Origin: Euglena gracilis
Lineage: Eukaryota
NCBI GenBank assembly: GCA_039621445.1
Contig: CP154954.1
Span: 33,949,737 to 34,013,736, forward strand
DNA length: 64,000 nt
Direction: 5' to 3'
How positions within the stretch are numbered: the stretch's first letter is position 1; each line of letters opens with the position of its first letter. A model generated the notes under the pieces. It saw nothing but the letters and a program-made list of their open reading frames with translations, did no database searches and was not told where the DNA came from. This document shows positions 46,514 to 59,098 of the stretch, in pieces. A program made the position numbers and the translations under genes.

Positions 46514-49500
46514 ATCCCCACACACAAGTCTTCAGCTCTATTGAGCATCCCCCCACACAAATCCCCGGCTCTATTGAGCATCCCCCCACCCAAATCCCCA
46601 GCTCTATTGAACATCCCCCCACCCAAATCCCCAGCTCCATTGAGCATCCCCCCACCCAAATTAACAGCTGAGCACCCCCCCACCCAATTGTCCAGCTCTA
46701 TCGAGCATTCCCAACCCCAACGGGGTGCAAACCTAATGGTGCCTCATCCCCCCGCCCAATGGGCTCCCCCACACCTATCGGTGTCCAGCAGCTCTATCGA
46801 GCTGCCCATAGCCCAACAGGCTCAACCACTCTTGTTGGAAAGCCGATCGGCTGACACGTATTCGCCCCAGCGAGATCTCACACCAATGCCGATAGGCACA
46901 TATGACCCTGAGGCGGTTACACCACGACACCGTTTTGTTGAGGATGAATTGGAAACACCATGTTATTTCCAGCCCCCCCATTCTCACCCACCTCCAAGTC
47001 TGATCGGACAATTGTCATCCCCACCCGATCGGGTCCTGCCATGCCTTGCATGGACTCGGCTAATTTACAGGCACAATTGCCACAAAAATTCCAAAAGGTG
47101 AGTGAGACAGTGTGTGAAATACAATCCCGCAATGATGCGAAGTTTTCCCACTTGCAACATAGTTTGCAGGCTTTGTCTGATCAACTGGAGCCAATTTCGG
47201 CAATTTTTCCACAATTACAGCAAAAGTTGCATGAACCTCCCACCAAATATCACGATTTGGGACAATTCATTACAGTGGAGCAGTTTTCTACCCTTGCAAC
47301 GGCTTTTCAGGAAGCGCAACAGCACATTTTCCAACTCAGCGGTGATTCCGCGAATTTTTCCCATTTTCATGCCCAACAACGTGAACGTTTTGCCTCCCGC
47401 ACTTATGTGCAAGAATTGGAGGAAAGAATTTCCTGTTTGGAGCAAAAATCTTGCCATTGTGGGGAAGTTCCTGCTGAAGTTGCAAGTTTTCACACCCAAA
47501 TCGCAAATAGTGAGAGTAGGTTTGAGGATTTGCAACAACAGCGGCAAAGTGACATGGCACAAATCGAAGCCGCTTTGGCTAAGGCTTATGCCCGCCATGC
47601 GGAAGTGACCGGCAAAATAACGGATGTGACCAGAATTCAAACCGCGATAGCGGATTTGCAGATATGCATGCAAGAATTAAGCACAAGATTGCTTCAGGTG
47701 CAATCACCAACCCCAGACGCATTGCCGTCGACCACACCCATACCCACACTCACATCCCTACACTTGGAGCAGTTTTGCGCTGAACTGCGCGCGGAAAATC
47801 ACGAAATTATGCAAGGATTTTGTGATAGTCTCATGAACACCGAGAAAACGGTGAAGCAGGATGTCACAAAACTGCAAATTGACATTACCGCGCTATCCGC
47901 GCAAGTTTTGGTCTTAATTGAACAGCCAAAGGCTGAAATAGTCAAAAGTCCGCATTCGGACCAACCATCTCCACAATTGGAGGCCATTTCCAGTGCGATA
48001 CGCACTTTAGCGGTACGAGTTCAAGAATTGGACACTGTTTTTGGTGCACTTTCACAAGATTTTCTGTCGATTTCCGACAAAATCACGCATTTTGATGAGT
48101 TACCATCACACCGTAATACAGGATGATGTGAGTCGGATAAACGATAATTTGCACGTTGTTGACAAATTGGAGCAAAGTGTGCGTGAATTGGCAATAAAAT
48201 TTGTGTTATGTACAACAAATCCCGCATTCGGGTACGGTTGGCACACTTGCCACATCTTTCACCTCAAAAAGCGCTATTCGCGCAACCATTGTAGAACCTA
48301 CTGGCACATGGCCACCAGACCATATTTCCGCTCATGTGGAAGTTCCCCCCGTGGCGTTACCAGTCCCAATGGAAAGGATTTCAGATGATGAGTCAGGTTC
48401 TCCATCGAGAACCAGACCAACCCACCTCTTAAGTCAAGAGATTCGGCAGTCCGAACTCATTAGCTGTATGGGCCGCAATCCCACACCAGTTGCTGGTCAT
48501 TCCTCGCAAATACGCTTGGAATCCCCAACAGTACAACCATGTGACACGTCACCCCCCCATGCGCATTCGCATCACCATTCGCGCATTCACGACACCTCAA
48601 ATGTACATGGTACCTATGGTACACTTGGTGGTATGTTCCATGCGCACTCACATATTTCCGCCAACAACACACTTGGTGTTGCACCACCTGTGTAACCACA
48701 CGTGGTGCAATTTCGCGCCCGGGCCCACCCGCAATGAATACCACCGAAGGGCCACGGGTTACTCAGAAAGAGTTCACAAACACCATCGCAATCGCGAATA
48801 AGGTGACGCCCCAATGGGACGGTGACCCGACCACATGGAAACAACTTTTCCGTGACTGGGAATACTTCTGGGACTTGAAGGGTCCAACCCAAGACGGAAA
48901 CCCAGAAGTAATCAAAATGGAATTCATAGACTGTTTACCAAAAGACGAAAAGGAACGCGCCAGACAATTTTTCATACGCGGGCGCATTTCATTTCAGGAT
49001 TTGGTAGAGCAATATGCTTCTTCATGTTCAAGTTTGGTTTCCAGAATCACTCTGGAGAAAAAATGGCGGCAATATGCCCCCCATGACCGAAAATGGAGGT
49101 CGATAGACCTATGGTACTCAAAATGGCTCGCGTTGGCAGCCGAAGTAGACGAGTTAGGCGAAACCCAAATGAAAGAGCAATTTGACGCAGTATTACTGCA
49201 CTTTATACAGAAAAACTCATAAAAGAAATTCACCGAGAGGAACTCGCAGGACATATTTTGACGCTCGATGAGCGATGGAACTATGTTTCCAAACAGTTGA
49301 AGCTATCACAGCTTTTAGGACAAATCCAGTCGGCTTATACGAGCCACCCCACGGCAGGAAAACCTGCTATCCAAGTCAGTTCTGTGAAAAAAGTGTCACA
49401 CTTATCACATACCGCTATGGCGGAATCCAAGTTGCGCAATTCGCGCTCTTCAGAAGAATTTTCGGACAAATTGTGCTTTTTGTGTAACAAAAAGGGTCAT

Positions 49501-52500
49501 ATATCTTGCCATTGTCCAAATCCTGCAGCGCGAAAGCGCAACGCAAGCCCAAGAGGATCAGCCTCATCATGCAGTTCTCGTTTTTCACAAAATGCGCATT
49601 CGCAAAAATCAAAATACCAATCACGATCAACATGTTCACTGTGCGGATCCACCAACCACCCCTCCCTCAACTGTCGCTATGCGAACTCTCACCACCCAAG
49701 CCATAGCCATCACGATATGAGTCGCAGTTCAAAAGATCATACTTTAGCCAAAAGGCACAAGGTAGGTCAAACAACAACCTCTATCGAGGATTATCACCCG
49801 GCTTCGGGCAGGGAGGGGGATGATACCCCATGTAACCAAAGGGATCATCCCTGCTTTAGCACTCATAAATTCAGAGACGTATATGCGTCAAGAAAGTCAA
49901 TGGCTGATATGGCCACCGGTTCAGTTTTTGAGTGAAGGTACCAAAAATCCAAGGACACGGACTACAGAGGCTACTAGAAAGGAGGTGACAGGAGTCGCGA
50001 CCCTGGTCATCCCCTGCCCAGTATCCTTTCTGGTCAGTGTGCAAGGATTTTCTGGTGTCCCCGCTCAAAATTTTCAGGAACCTTGGACATATAGACCGTT
50101 TTGTGTTTCCGGTTGTGGCGCATCATGGGATACCCCATGAATGTCCATGTGGTTGAGTGGATTCCCGCTCCAAGAATGCACACAACACCGCAAAATTCTT
50201 CCCCCCCCCCTCAAACTTCCACTAATCATCACTTTTACATACCGTTTTCGATGACAGCAACACCGTTTTCCACAACGCCAACACCGTTATCAACCCGGGG
50301 TAAAGAGAACGTGCCCCCCCCTACCCACCGCAAATCCACAAACGTTCCACATGCGGTAGGGGTAATAAGTAGCTTAACCCCCATTCGTTCCACTGGGTTC
50401 CAAGACGAAAGCCCTAAGGCCTGAAGTTTAAACGGTGTCGAGTAGTCGCCCAGCTGCTTTCAACTTTTCGTTTTCCACCAGGTTTGTCGATTCAGACAAT
50501 CCTGTACACCCCCAGCAGCTCCAAAATTCGCATGCTCAAATTTTTTATTACACACTCACCCCCGCAGACCGACATGCGCGACAAGGACAACTACTCCGCA
50601 CCTTCCCCCCATGGTGTGCACCCTGGGAGAACTTTCCACACAATCACCAACCAAACACAAAGGTGAATATATACAGCAAACCTAATCCCCCCACACTCTA
50701 TCTCCAACGGAGAGCTCTATTCATTGACCGATTTTTGTCAAGTGCAAGACAAATTCAGCACTATGTGCACATTCCCCCCGAAGCGCATAGCGCACATCAC
50801 TGCCGATGCGCATAGCTCACATTCCCCCCCAAGCGCTAATTGCGCACACCGCGCGTCGCGCGAATCCTGCGCATATCGCGCTTCCAAGCCTACCCCCCCC
50901 CACGCACACGTTGTGCAGTGAAGAAACTGCCCCCCCCCCGCGTATCGCGCCATATCATGCACGTATCGCGCTAGACCCCGCGCGTATCGCGCCACCCACC
51001 TTAGCAACCCCCCTTTCCCACAATGTCGTGTGAGCACTATCGTGCATTTATGACACATGGGTATACGCCCAAACCACCCATATTCTTTTGGGAATCATTC
51101 CCAAAGTTATATGTGTGGAAATCCGCAACTCTGTTCATGGATGTTTGTTTCTGTTCCACATGATCAAATTGCAGATTTTGTTTGATGACAGCAAACAAGA
51201 AGTGATGTTTTATGTGAATACCGTTCTTTGCCCAATCCATTCCCACACCAAAAATATTTCGGTGTTACCAAAGCTCTATGGAGCAAAGCAACACAAGTTA
51301 TGTGATAAAGTTTTTGGGATGTATTGCAAATACTGCATTTTTCCCGAAAACTTATCCAACTTGTGCTTTTTTGTGCCTTAAATGGCTTATTATTTTGGCA
51401 AAATGCAATCCCGATATGGGAAAATGCTCAAAATTACAGAAGTGAATCCCGATAGGGAAATAAGTTGAATTCCTTGAGAAAATCTGCAACATAGTTGCCC
51501 CCCCCAAAAGAAAATGAAGAAAATTCATTCAAACATGCATTTTTATGGACTTGACCACTTAGCCTTAGGTCTACGTGACCAACACAACCTATGATGTGCA
51601 AGGCTTATAGGCCATTACCCATGTGGTCCATGGGTCCATAGGACCAATTTGCACAATTTGCAAGGACCAAAAGGACCAAAGGTCCACAATACCATATTAT
51701 AAAGTGAAAAGTCCATAGGACCTCAAAAAATGGCACAAAAAGCCATATTACATGGATGAAAGTGGCTGAATTGGCCAAAACAAGCCAAATAGGATGGCTT
51801 TTGCAGATTTGTATAAGTGTCACTTTGGCATAGCCTCAAAACCACCACAAAAGCTTCAAAATTTCTGGCACCTCGTGCCATGAGGTTTTGACTGTATGTA
51901 GTAGTGCGTATGAGATAGAAACCAAAAATTGTCTTTGTAGAATAAATTATGGGAGCTTATAGCAAAACCTCACTCACACAGGCAAAAGATCAAAGACGTA
52001 TCTCAGCGCCTGTAGCTGGCCGATAGGCCATGTTACCCCTCATTCGAAAGCTCGTTCGATGAGCCGTCCAGCGGTGCAAACAGATCGCTGTAACTCTGCA
52101 CGGTACTCTTATTTGAGGAGATCGTGAAAAATTGAATTAAGCCCAGCCAATCCGACCAGAAGCCAAATTTTGAGCCAGATCTTGTACGATCGTGTACCAG
52201 ACTGGAAAATCAGCCTGAAAGGCTTCTATACTGTTTCTTACATCGTTTCTGATGGCTAATTACCATTGGTTACCAGATTGGCTAATGGCCATTTTTAGTA
52301 CCTTTGGCAGCATTCTGCCCATTACCCCCTCTGTATGGGCTATTAGTCCTGGTACAGTTCAGAGGGCCATAGCCCACAGTTTGGAGCCATTTCAGCTGAC
52401 TAGAATCATTTTTAGGAGCACTTATGTGCAAATTATCATTTAAATCATTGATTTTCTGCAATTTTTGGTGATTTTTCCCTATTCTGGCACTCATATCCCT

Positions 52501-54762
52501 AATGGGAATCATCTTGAGGCACTATGCCAGAATGGAATGCAAAGGGATATGCTGATAATGGCAATTTTTCCTTTGCTCAAGATGTCATAGACATGTTTTA
52601 CTTGTATTTTTAAGCGTATTTTTGCTTTTTTTGCGATATTTTTACACAATTTTACAGCTTTTTGGGTGATGTGGTGTTATTAGACACCCAAATCCCAAAA
52701 TCTGTGCAACAACAAACATGCAGTGTTATTGGACACTCTCAACAAGCACTATGTGCACTTGGCAATTGCAGTCTTAAATGACTCAAAATGCAACAAAGTT
52801 GCACTTTTGGTAACAAAAATGCACCTTTTGACGCAGAATCTGCATTGCCGCCCAAAATTTTGATAGGGATTTCCCTAAAAATCTGACAAAAGTCAGTATT
52901 TCTCAGTGGCATAGTCACTAATGATGAGATTTTGTCATATTTGCAGTATTTTTTTCTACTTACCACACTAACGGCATTCTTGCCCCCCACCCACTTTATT
53001 CAGTGGGACCCCCTTACCGATATAATTCGGACCCCCCCCCCATTTTATTCAGTGGGACCCCCTTACCGATATAATTCGGAGGACCCAATGGTCATCATGT
53101 GCAACACCAATGGTGTCATTCTGCAAGGTTTATAAGAACCATAGCTCAGAAAGTGAAATTCAGCTTTTTCTTTCTTTCTTGTGCGCAATATGGGGATACC
53201 CACAATTTTTGCATACACACACTTTGCTTTTGGAGGTATCATGCCTCCGATTGTACTGAAAGGTACAGAGTGATGAATTTCACCGCACTGGAACAATGTT
53301 CCATCCTTTTATGTGCATTCACAGTTCGTTTGTGGTTTTTCAAAGTGGTATAAGCCACACGGACCACAGTTGTTCTGTGAATTGGCAGCAGCCAGCCACA
53401 ATTCCGAAATTTTTCTGCGGTTGTACACCTCAGTATGATCTTTTTTGGCAATCTGCCGAATTTTTTTGATTCGGGTATAAGCCCAGTAGTATTTTGTGCC
53501 ATGCATATTCCGCAAAGCATTTTTTTCTTGGGCGATAAAGCCTACCCCCCCCATTATTTTTGGCTAATGCCAACCCTTCAGCCTACAGGCTGCACACCCA
53601 AGGCACAAATGCCAAATCTACAGTTTTTAGGGCTATTGCCCACTATTATGAGGTATACGCCTCTGGGGATACCCCATCGACAACATCGTGCCCGCGCAGC
53701 ACTGTGAAGCCCTCACTAGCGGTATATGCCGCCAGTAAGAAGACCCACAGCGTACAGCGCGCACACCGCAATAATAGCCTCAACTTGTTACTTTTCGGCC
53801 TTAAGGCCCCATAAGACTGCCAGACAGCAAAAATTCTTTGTAAGGTCTTTAGACCAGCCCCCCACTCCTCTCCCCTTTCCCCCCCCCCGGGCAAAAATCG
53901 CTGTCGCCGGCAGTTGGTTTTGTAAACAGGTTTTCCTCCCTGGTCAGGTATGACTGGCCAGGTGCCCCTCCTTCCACACCCTACCCTTGCAATCTTTTCC
54001 GATTATGGAATGAGACCACCCAAAGTGCCATAGGCACACCCCAAACGGGGTGGATGGAACTTTCTGGAATGAAAACCTTCCAGCCCCACTTTCCAAGCGG
54101 GCTCTTCCACTTCCACCCCTTTACCGCAATAAGTAGTTAGCCGCATAAGCGGGTAAAATCTTTTGCGCGTTTTTGGTTTTTGGGTTCCCCTCCCTTCCTT
54201 CCGTTTCTGGTTTTAGACCTTGTGATGGAGAAGCAGACCCAAGACATGCGGTCCTGGTGTACATTCCTCAATCTCAGAGCTCTGTTTGAATCCTTGCTGG
54301 CCTGGTCCAGTAAAGAAATCGGGCAAAGCCCTGGGAGGGGGATGTGTACCAGGCAGCATGAACATGGCACCGTGCATAGCAGCAGTCTGCAGAATGTACA
54401 ATGGCATGCCAGATAGTACCATTCCATGTTCTGCAATACAAATTGCAGAATTAGGAATAGCCTATCCTATCTCGGATCTGCCTTCCCTTTCACAGGTGGT
54501 ATCAGCTTTGTTTTGTTTTATGATTCATTAGCCGAAAAGGGCAAACCAAAGATTTGAAGATTTGAACTCCGATAGGAGATCACAACTGGAACTGAAGTTC
54601 CAAAATCCCAACTGGTTTGCCTTGTGCTCTGCATAACCCCAAAGGCAATAAAAACTAATGGTTAAGTGAAAGACTTTATTTTTTGTTACTCTCCTGGTTC
54701 TGTTCCCACGGGAGGGTGTAAGTAGGCCGACAGGCAGTGGGAATAGAGTCAGGGGACGTACA
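46514..54762 (+). mobile_element. Gag-only retroelement-like unit, copy 2
   Basis: Gag-like region, then ~4.7 kb with no pol motifs, then purine tract GGGAGGG directly before TGTAAG at 54717 (putative 3' LTR start). Confidence 0.7.
46541..49935 (+). pseudogene. gag: Disrupted gag-like ORF: 33-nt Pro-rich repeats, coiled-coil region, capsid-like segment, two CCHC zinc knuckles
   Basis: ORF pieces 46541-47101, 46960-48126, 48201-48695, 48734-49222 and 49258-49935. CFLCNKKGHISCHC and CSLCGSTNHPSLNC both fit CX2CX4HX4C. Confidence 0.75.
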
Positions 54763-56778
54763 CTTTACGTGCTATTTTGCGCCTCCCCGGCGGTAACGGC
54801 TGCGTTTTACGCACGCCCGCCGCGGGCAAAATTGCGCCTATCCGCCCGCCGCCCTTCGCAACAATTAGGAAAAGGATCGCCGACCCCTAGCCGGGGCAGA
54901 GCGCTCGTTTTTGGAGCGCCGGCGCAGCCGATTTCGGCCGAAAACGGCTGAAAATGACGTTTTTCGGGGTGTTCGTGGTTTACGTGCTATTTTGCGCCTC
55001 CCGGGCGGTAACGGCTGCGTTTTACGCACGCCCGCCGCGGGCAAAATTGCGCCTATCCGCCCGCCGCCCTTCGCAACAATTAGGTAAAGGATCGCCGACC
55101 TCTAGCCGGGGCAGAGCGCTCGTTTTTGGACCGCCGGCGCAGCCGATTTCGGCCGAAAACGGCCGAAAAATGACGTTTTTTTTTTTATTTATTTTTTCGT
55201 GGTTTTGCGTGCTATTTTGCGCCTCCCCGGCTGTAACGGCTGCGTTTTACGCACGCCCGCCGCGAGAAAAATTGCGCCTAGCCGCCCGCCGCCCTTCGCA
55301 ACAATTAGGTAAAGGATCGCCGACCTCTAGCCGGGGCAGAGCGCTGGTTTTTGGAGCGCTGGCGCAGCCGATTTCGCCCGAAAACGGCCGAAAAATGACG
55401 TTTTTCGGGGTGTTTGTGGTTTACGTGCTATTTTGCGCCTCCCGGGCGGTAACGGCTGCGTTTTACGCACGCCCGCCGCGGGCAAAATTGCGCCTATCCG
55501 CCCGCCGCCCTTCACAACAATTCGGTAAAGGATCGCCGACCTCTACCCGGGGCAGAGTGCTCGTTTTTGGAGCGCCGGCGCAGCCGATTTCGGCCGAAAA
55601 CGGCCGAAAAAAGACGTTTTTCGGGGTGTTCGTGGTTTACATGCTATTTTGCGCCTCCCGGGCGCTAACGGCTGCGCTTTACGCAACCCCGCCGCGGGCA
55701 AAATTGCTCCTATCCGCCCGCCGCCCTTCGCAACAATTAGGTAAAGGATCCACAACCTCTAGCCGGGGCAGAGCGCTCGTTTTTGGAGCGCCAGCGCAGC
55801 CGATTTCGGCCGAAAACGGCCGAAAAATGACGTTTTCCGGGGTGTTCGTGGTTTCCGTGCTATTTTGCGCCTCTCGGGCGGTAACGGCTGCGTTTTACGC
55901 ACGCCCGCCGCGGGCAAAATTGCGCCTATCCGCCCGCCGCCCTTCGCAACAATTAGGTAAAGTATCGCCGACCTCCATCCGGGGCAGAGCGCTCGTTTTT
56001 GGATCGCCGGCGCAGCCGATTTCGGCCGAAAACAGCCGAAAAATGACGTTTTTCGGGGCGTTCGTGGTTTACGTGCTATTTTGCGCCTCCCGGGCGGTAA
56101 CGGCTGCGTTTTACGCAACCCCGCCGTGGGCAAAATTGCGCCTATCCGCCCGCCGCCCTTCGCAACAATTAGGTAAACGATCGCCGACCTCCAGCCGGGG
56201 CAGAGCGCTCGTTTTTGGAGCGCCGGCGCAGCCGATTTCGGCCGAAAACGGCCGAAAAATGACGTTTTCGGGGGCGTTCGTGGTTTACGTGCTATTTTGC
56301 GCCTCCCGGGCGGTAACGGCTGCGTTTTACGCACGCCCGCCGCGGGCAAAATTGCGCCTATCCGCCCGCCGCCCTTCGCAACAATTAGGTAAAGGATCGC
56401 AAGACCTCTAGCCGGGGCAGAGCGCTCGTTTTTGGAGCGCCGGCGCAGCCGATTTCGGCCGAAAACGGCCGAAAAATGACGTTTTTCGGGGTGTTCGTGG
56501 TTTTCGTGCTATTTTGCGCCTCCCGGGCGGTAACGGCTGCGTTTTACGCACGCCCGCCGCGGGCAAAATTGCGCCTATCCGCCCGCCGCCCTTCGCAACA
56601 AGCAGCTAAAAGGATCGCCGACCTCTAGCCGGGGCAGAGCGCTCGTTTTTGGAGCGCCGGCGCAACCGATTTCCGCCGAAAACGGCCAAAAAATGACGTT
56701 TTTCGGGGTGTTCTGTGTGCGGCAGACGGGAGATCCTACGGAGGTTGGTAGCCGGCGCGTAGTACCAAGCCGAGTATC

Positions 56779-56851
56779 GCTCGAGTAGCTTATTCGGTAA
56801 GGTGCTGGGCTCACACGCGGGAGGTCGTGGGTTCGAGACCCAGGTCCCGCC
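56779..56851 (+). ncRNA. tRNA-Val(CAC)-derived module in the 5' LTR (pseudo-tRNA, Pol III A/B boxes)
   Basis: A box TAGCTTATTCGG; anticodon loop CTCACAC; AGGTC; T arm TGGG-TTCGAGA-CCCA. The acceptor stem does not pair. Confidence 0.75.
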
Positions 56852-57470
56852 GTGTGAGTCCTGATCGATCCCGTACGGGCAGAGGGCATACCGCGGGGAT
56901 CGATCGGCGCGTGAGGCTGCGCACGTGGACGAACGTTGATCGGTCGGATTACCACGGGCGTGGCCCCTCGCCAGCGGACGAGCCACGGCAAGTAGTATGA
57001 GCTGCCCCGTGGCCGTCCAACGGCGGGTGGTGACAACCAACGTAAACATGGTAGCACAGGAACCCGTCTAATGCCACACGAACCGGGAAATCAGAGCCTG
57101 ACCCCACGGCGCCCGGAAGGCGGAGGCGGACGCGCCGAGTCTAGGGCGACTGAAACTCCTACACCGTTCCAAAGTCTCAAGCCGATGCAAAGGGGGACGC
57201 TCCAAGGCGGCAGAGCCCGTGGAAGTCGACAACACGTAAACTGCCGGCAATAGCAAACCCGAGCTGCAGGGGTCGGCAGCCTGGTGACGCAGTACTCGTG
57301 AGAAGCACTCAGCCAACTAGGGCCGTGTGAGGCATAACCCGAGCTGCAGGGGCCACGGCCATAGTGACGCAGTGGGCTAGTGTAGTAAGGCTCTTGGGAG
57401 GGGAGTGTGTGCGGCAGACGGGAGATCCTACGGAGGTTGGTAGCCGGCGCGTAGTACCAAGCCGAGTATC

Positions 57471-57543
57471 GCTCGAGTAGCTTATTCGGTAAGGTGCTGG
57501 GCTCACACGCGGGAGGTCGTGGGTTCGAGACCCAGGTCCCGCC
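57471..57543 (+). ncRNA. tRNA-Val(CAC)-derived module in the 3' LTR
   Basis: Identical copy of 56779-56851. Confidence 0.75.
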
Positions 57544-58620
57544 GTGTGAGTCCTGAGCGATCCCGTACGGGCAGAGGGCATACCGCGGGGATCGATCGGC
57601 GCGTGAGGCTGCGCACGTGGACGAACGTCGATCGGTCGGATTACCACGGGCGTGGCCCCTCGGCAGGGGACGAGCCATGGCAAGTAGTATGAGCTGCCCC
57701 GTGGCCGTCCAACGGCGGGTGGTGACAACCAACGTAAACATGTTCGTGGTTTGAGCGCTATTTTGCGCCTCTCGGGCGGTAACGGCTGCATTTTACGCAC
57801 GCCCGCCGCGGGCTAAATTGCGCCTATCCGCCCGACGCCCTTCGCAACAATTAGGTAAAGGATCGCCGACCTCTAACCGGGGCAGAGCGCTCGTTTTTGT
57901 GGCGCCGGCGCAACCGATTTCGGCCGAAAACGGCTGAAAAATGACGTTTTTCAGGGTGTTCGTGGTTTACGTGCTATTTTGCGCCTCCCGGGCGGTAACG
58001 GCTGCGTTTTACGCAACCCCGCCGCGGGCAAAATTGCGCCTATCCGCCCGCCGCCCTTCGCAACAATTAGGTAAACGACCGCCGACCTCTAGCCGGGGCA
58101 GAGCGCTCGTTTTTGGAGCGCCGGCGCAACCGATTTCCGCCAAAAACGGCCGAAAAATGACGTTTTTCCGGGTGTTCGTGATTTGAGTGCTATTTTGCGC
58201 CTCTCGGGCGGTAACGGCTGCGTTTTACGCACGCCCGCCGCGGGCAAAATTGCGCCTATCCGCCCGCCGCCCTTCGCAACAATTAGGTAAAGGATCGCCG
58301 ACCTCTAGCCGGGGCAGCCGGCGCAGCCGATTTCGGCCGATAACGGCCGAAAAATGACGTTTTTCGGGGTGTTCGTGGTTTACGTGCTATTTTGCGCCTA
58401 CGGGGCGGTAACGGCTGCGTTTTACGCAACCCCGCCGCGGGCAAAATTGCGCCTATCCGCCCGCCGTCCTTCGCAACAATTAGGTAAAGGATCGCCGACC
58501 TCTAGCCGGGGAAAAGCGCTCGTTTTTGGAGAGCCGGCGCAGCCGATTTCGACCGAAAACGGCCGAAAAATGACGTTTTTCGGGGTGTTCGTGGTTTACG
58601 TGCTATTTTGCGCCTCCCGG

Positions 58621-59098
58621 TGTGGGTCAGGGGTGCTGAGTGCCCAAAACAACATAACCTAACCCAACCCAACCTGATGACTCTGCAGTTAGGATTAGGA
58701 AAATCTTATTAGGAATTTCAATTGCTGACCCCATTGTCCCTGCACAGGGCTCTGTCTTGTTTTTGTCTGTTTCAAGTTCAAGAATCGAATTATCTTGGTT
58801 ATCAATTATCATTCTTACCTGGACAGTACGTGGTTCATTACATTGGTGCTGGTTTTGGAATTGCTGAATTGCTTGTATTGTGCTGTTTGTCTTGTGAATT
58901 TTTTATCAAAGAAAAGGTGTGAGCCACCCAACTCACCTGTTTTCATTAAAAAAACCCACCAAAAACAAAGAAAATGCAATTTTTAAAACAGGCCGCGAGG
59001 GGAATTGAAAACACCCTGGGCAGGGTTAAAGACCCTACGCAACGGGGTGCCGGCCCCGAGGAACTGGAAACTCCAGGGCGGGCACCACGGTTACAACA
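58621..59098 (+). mobile_element. Solo LTR, 478 bp
   Basis: TG...CA; 4-bp TSD CCGG within a satellite monomer. Confidence 0.9.

Larger units (their letters stand above)
56714..57740 (+). mobile_element. TRIM (miniature non-autonomous LTR retrotransposon): LTRs 56714-57048 and 57406-57740, internal region 357 bp
   Basis: Two 335-bp TG...CA direct repeats; 5-bp TSD TGTTC; PBS TGGTAGCACAGGA; PPT GGGAGGGGAG. Confidence 0.92.

Noticed and set aside
56779-56851. Functional tRNA-Val gene
   Set aside because: Acceptor and anticodon stems do not pair properly, there is no T-run terminator, and it is duplicated as part of LTRs.
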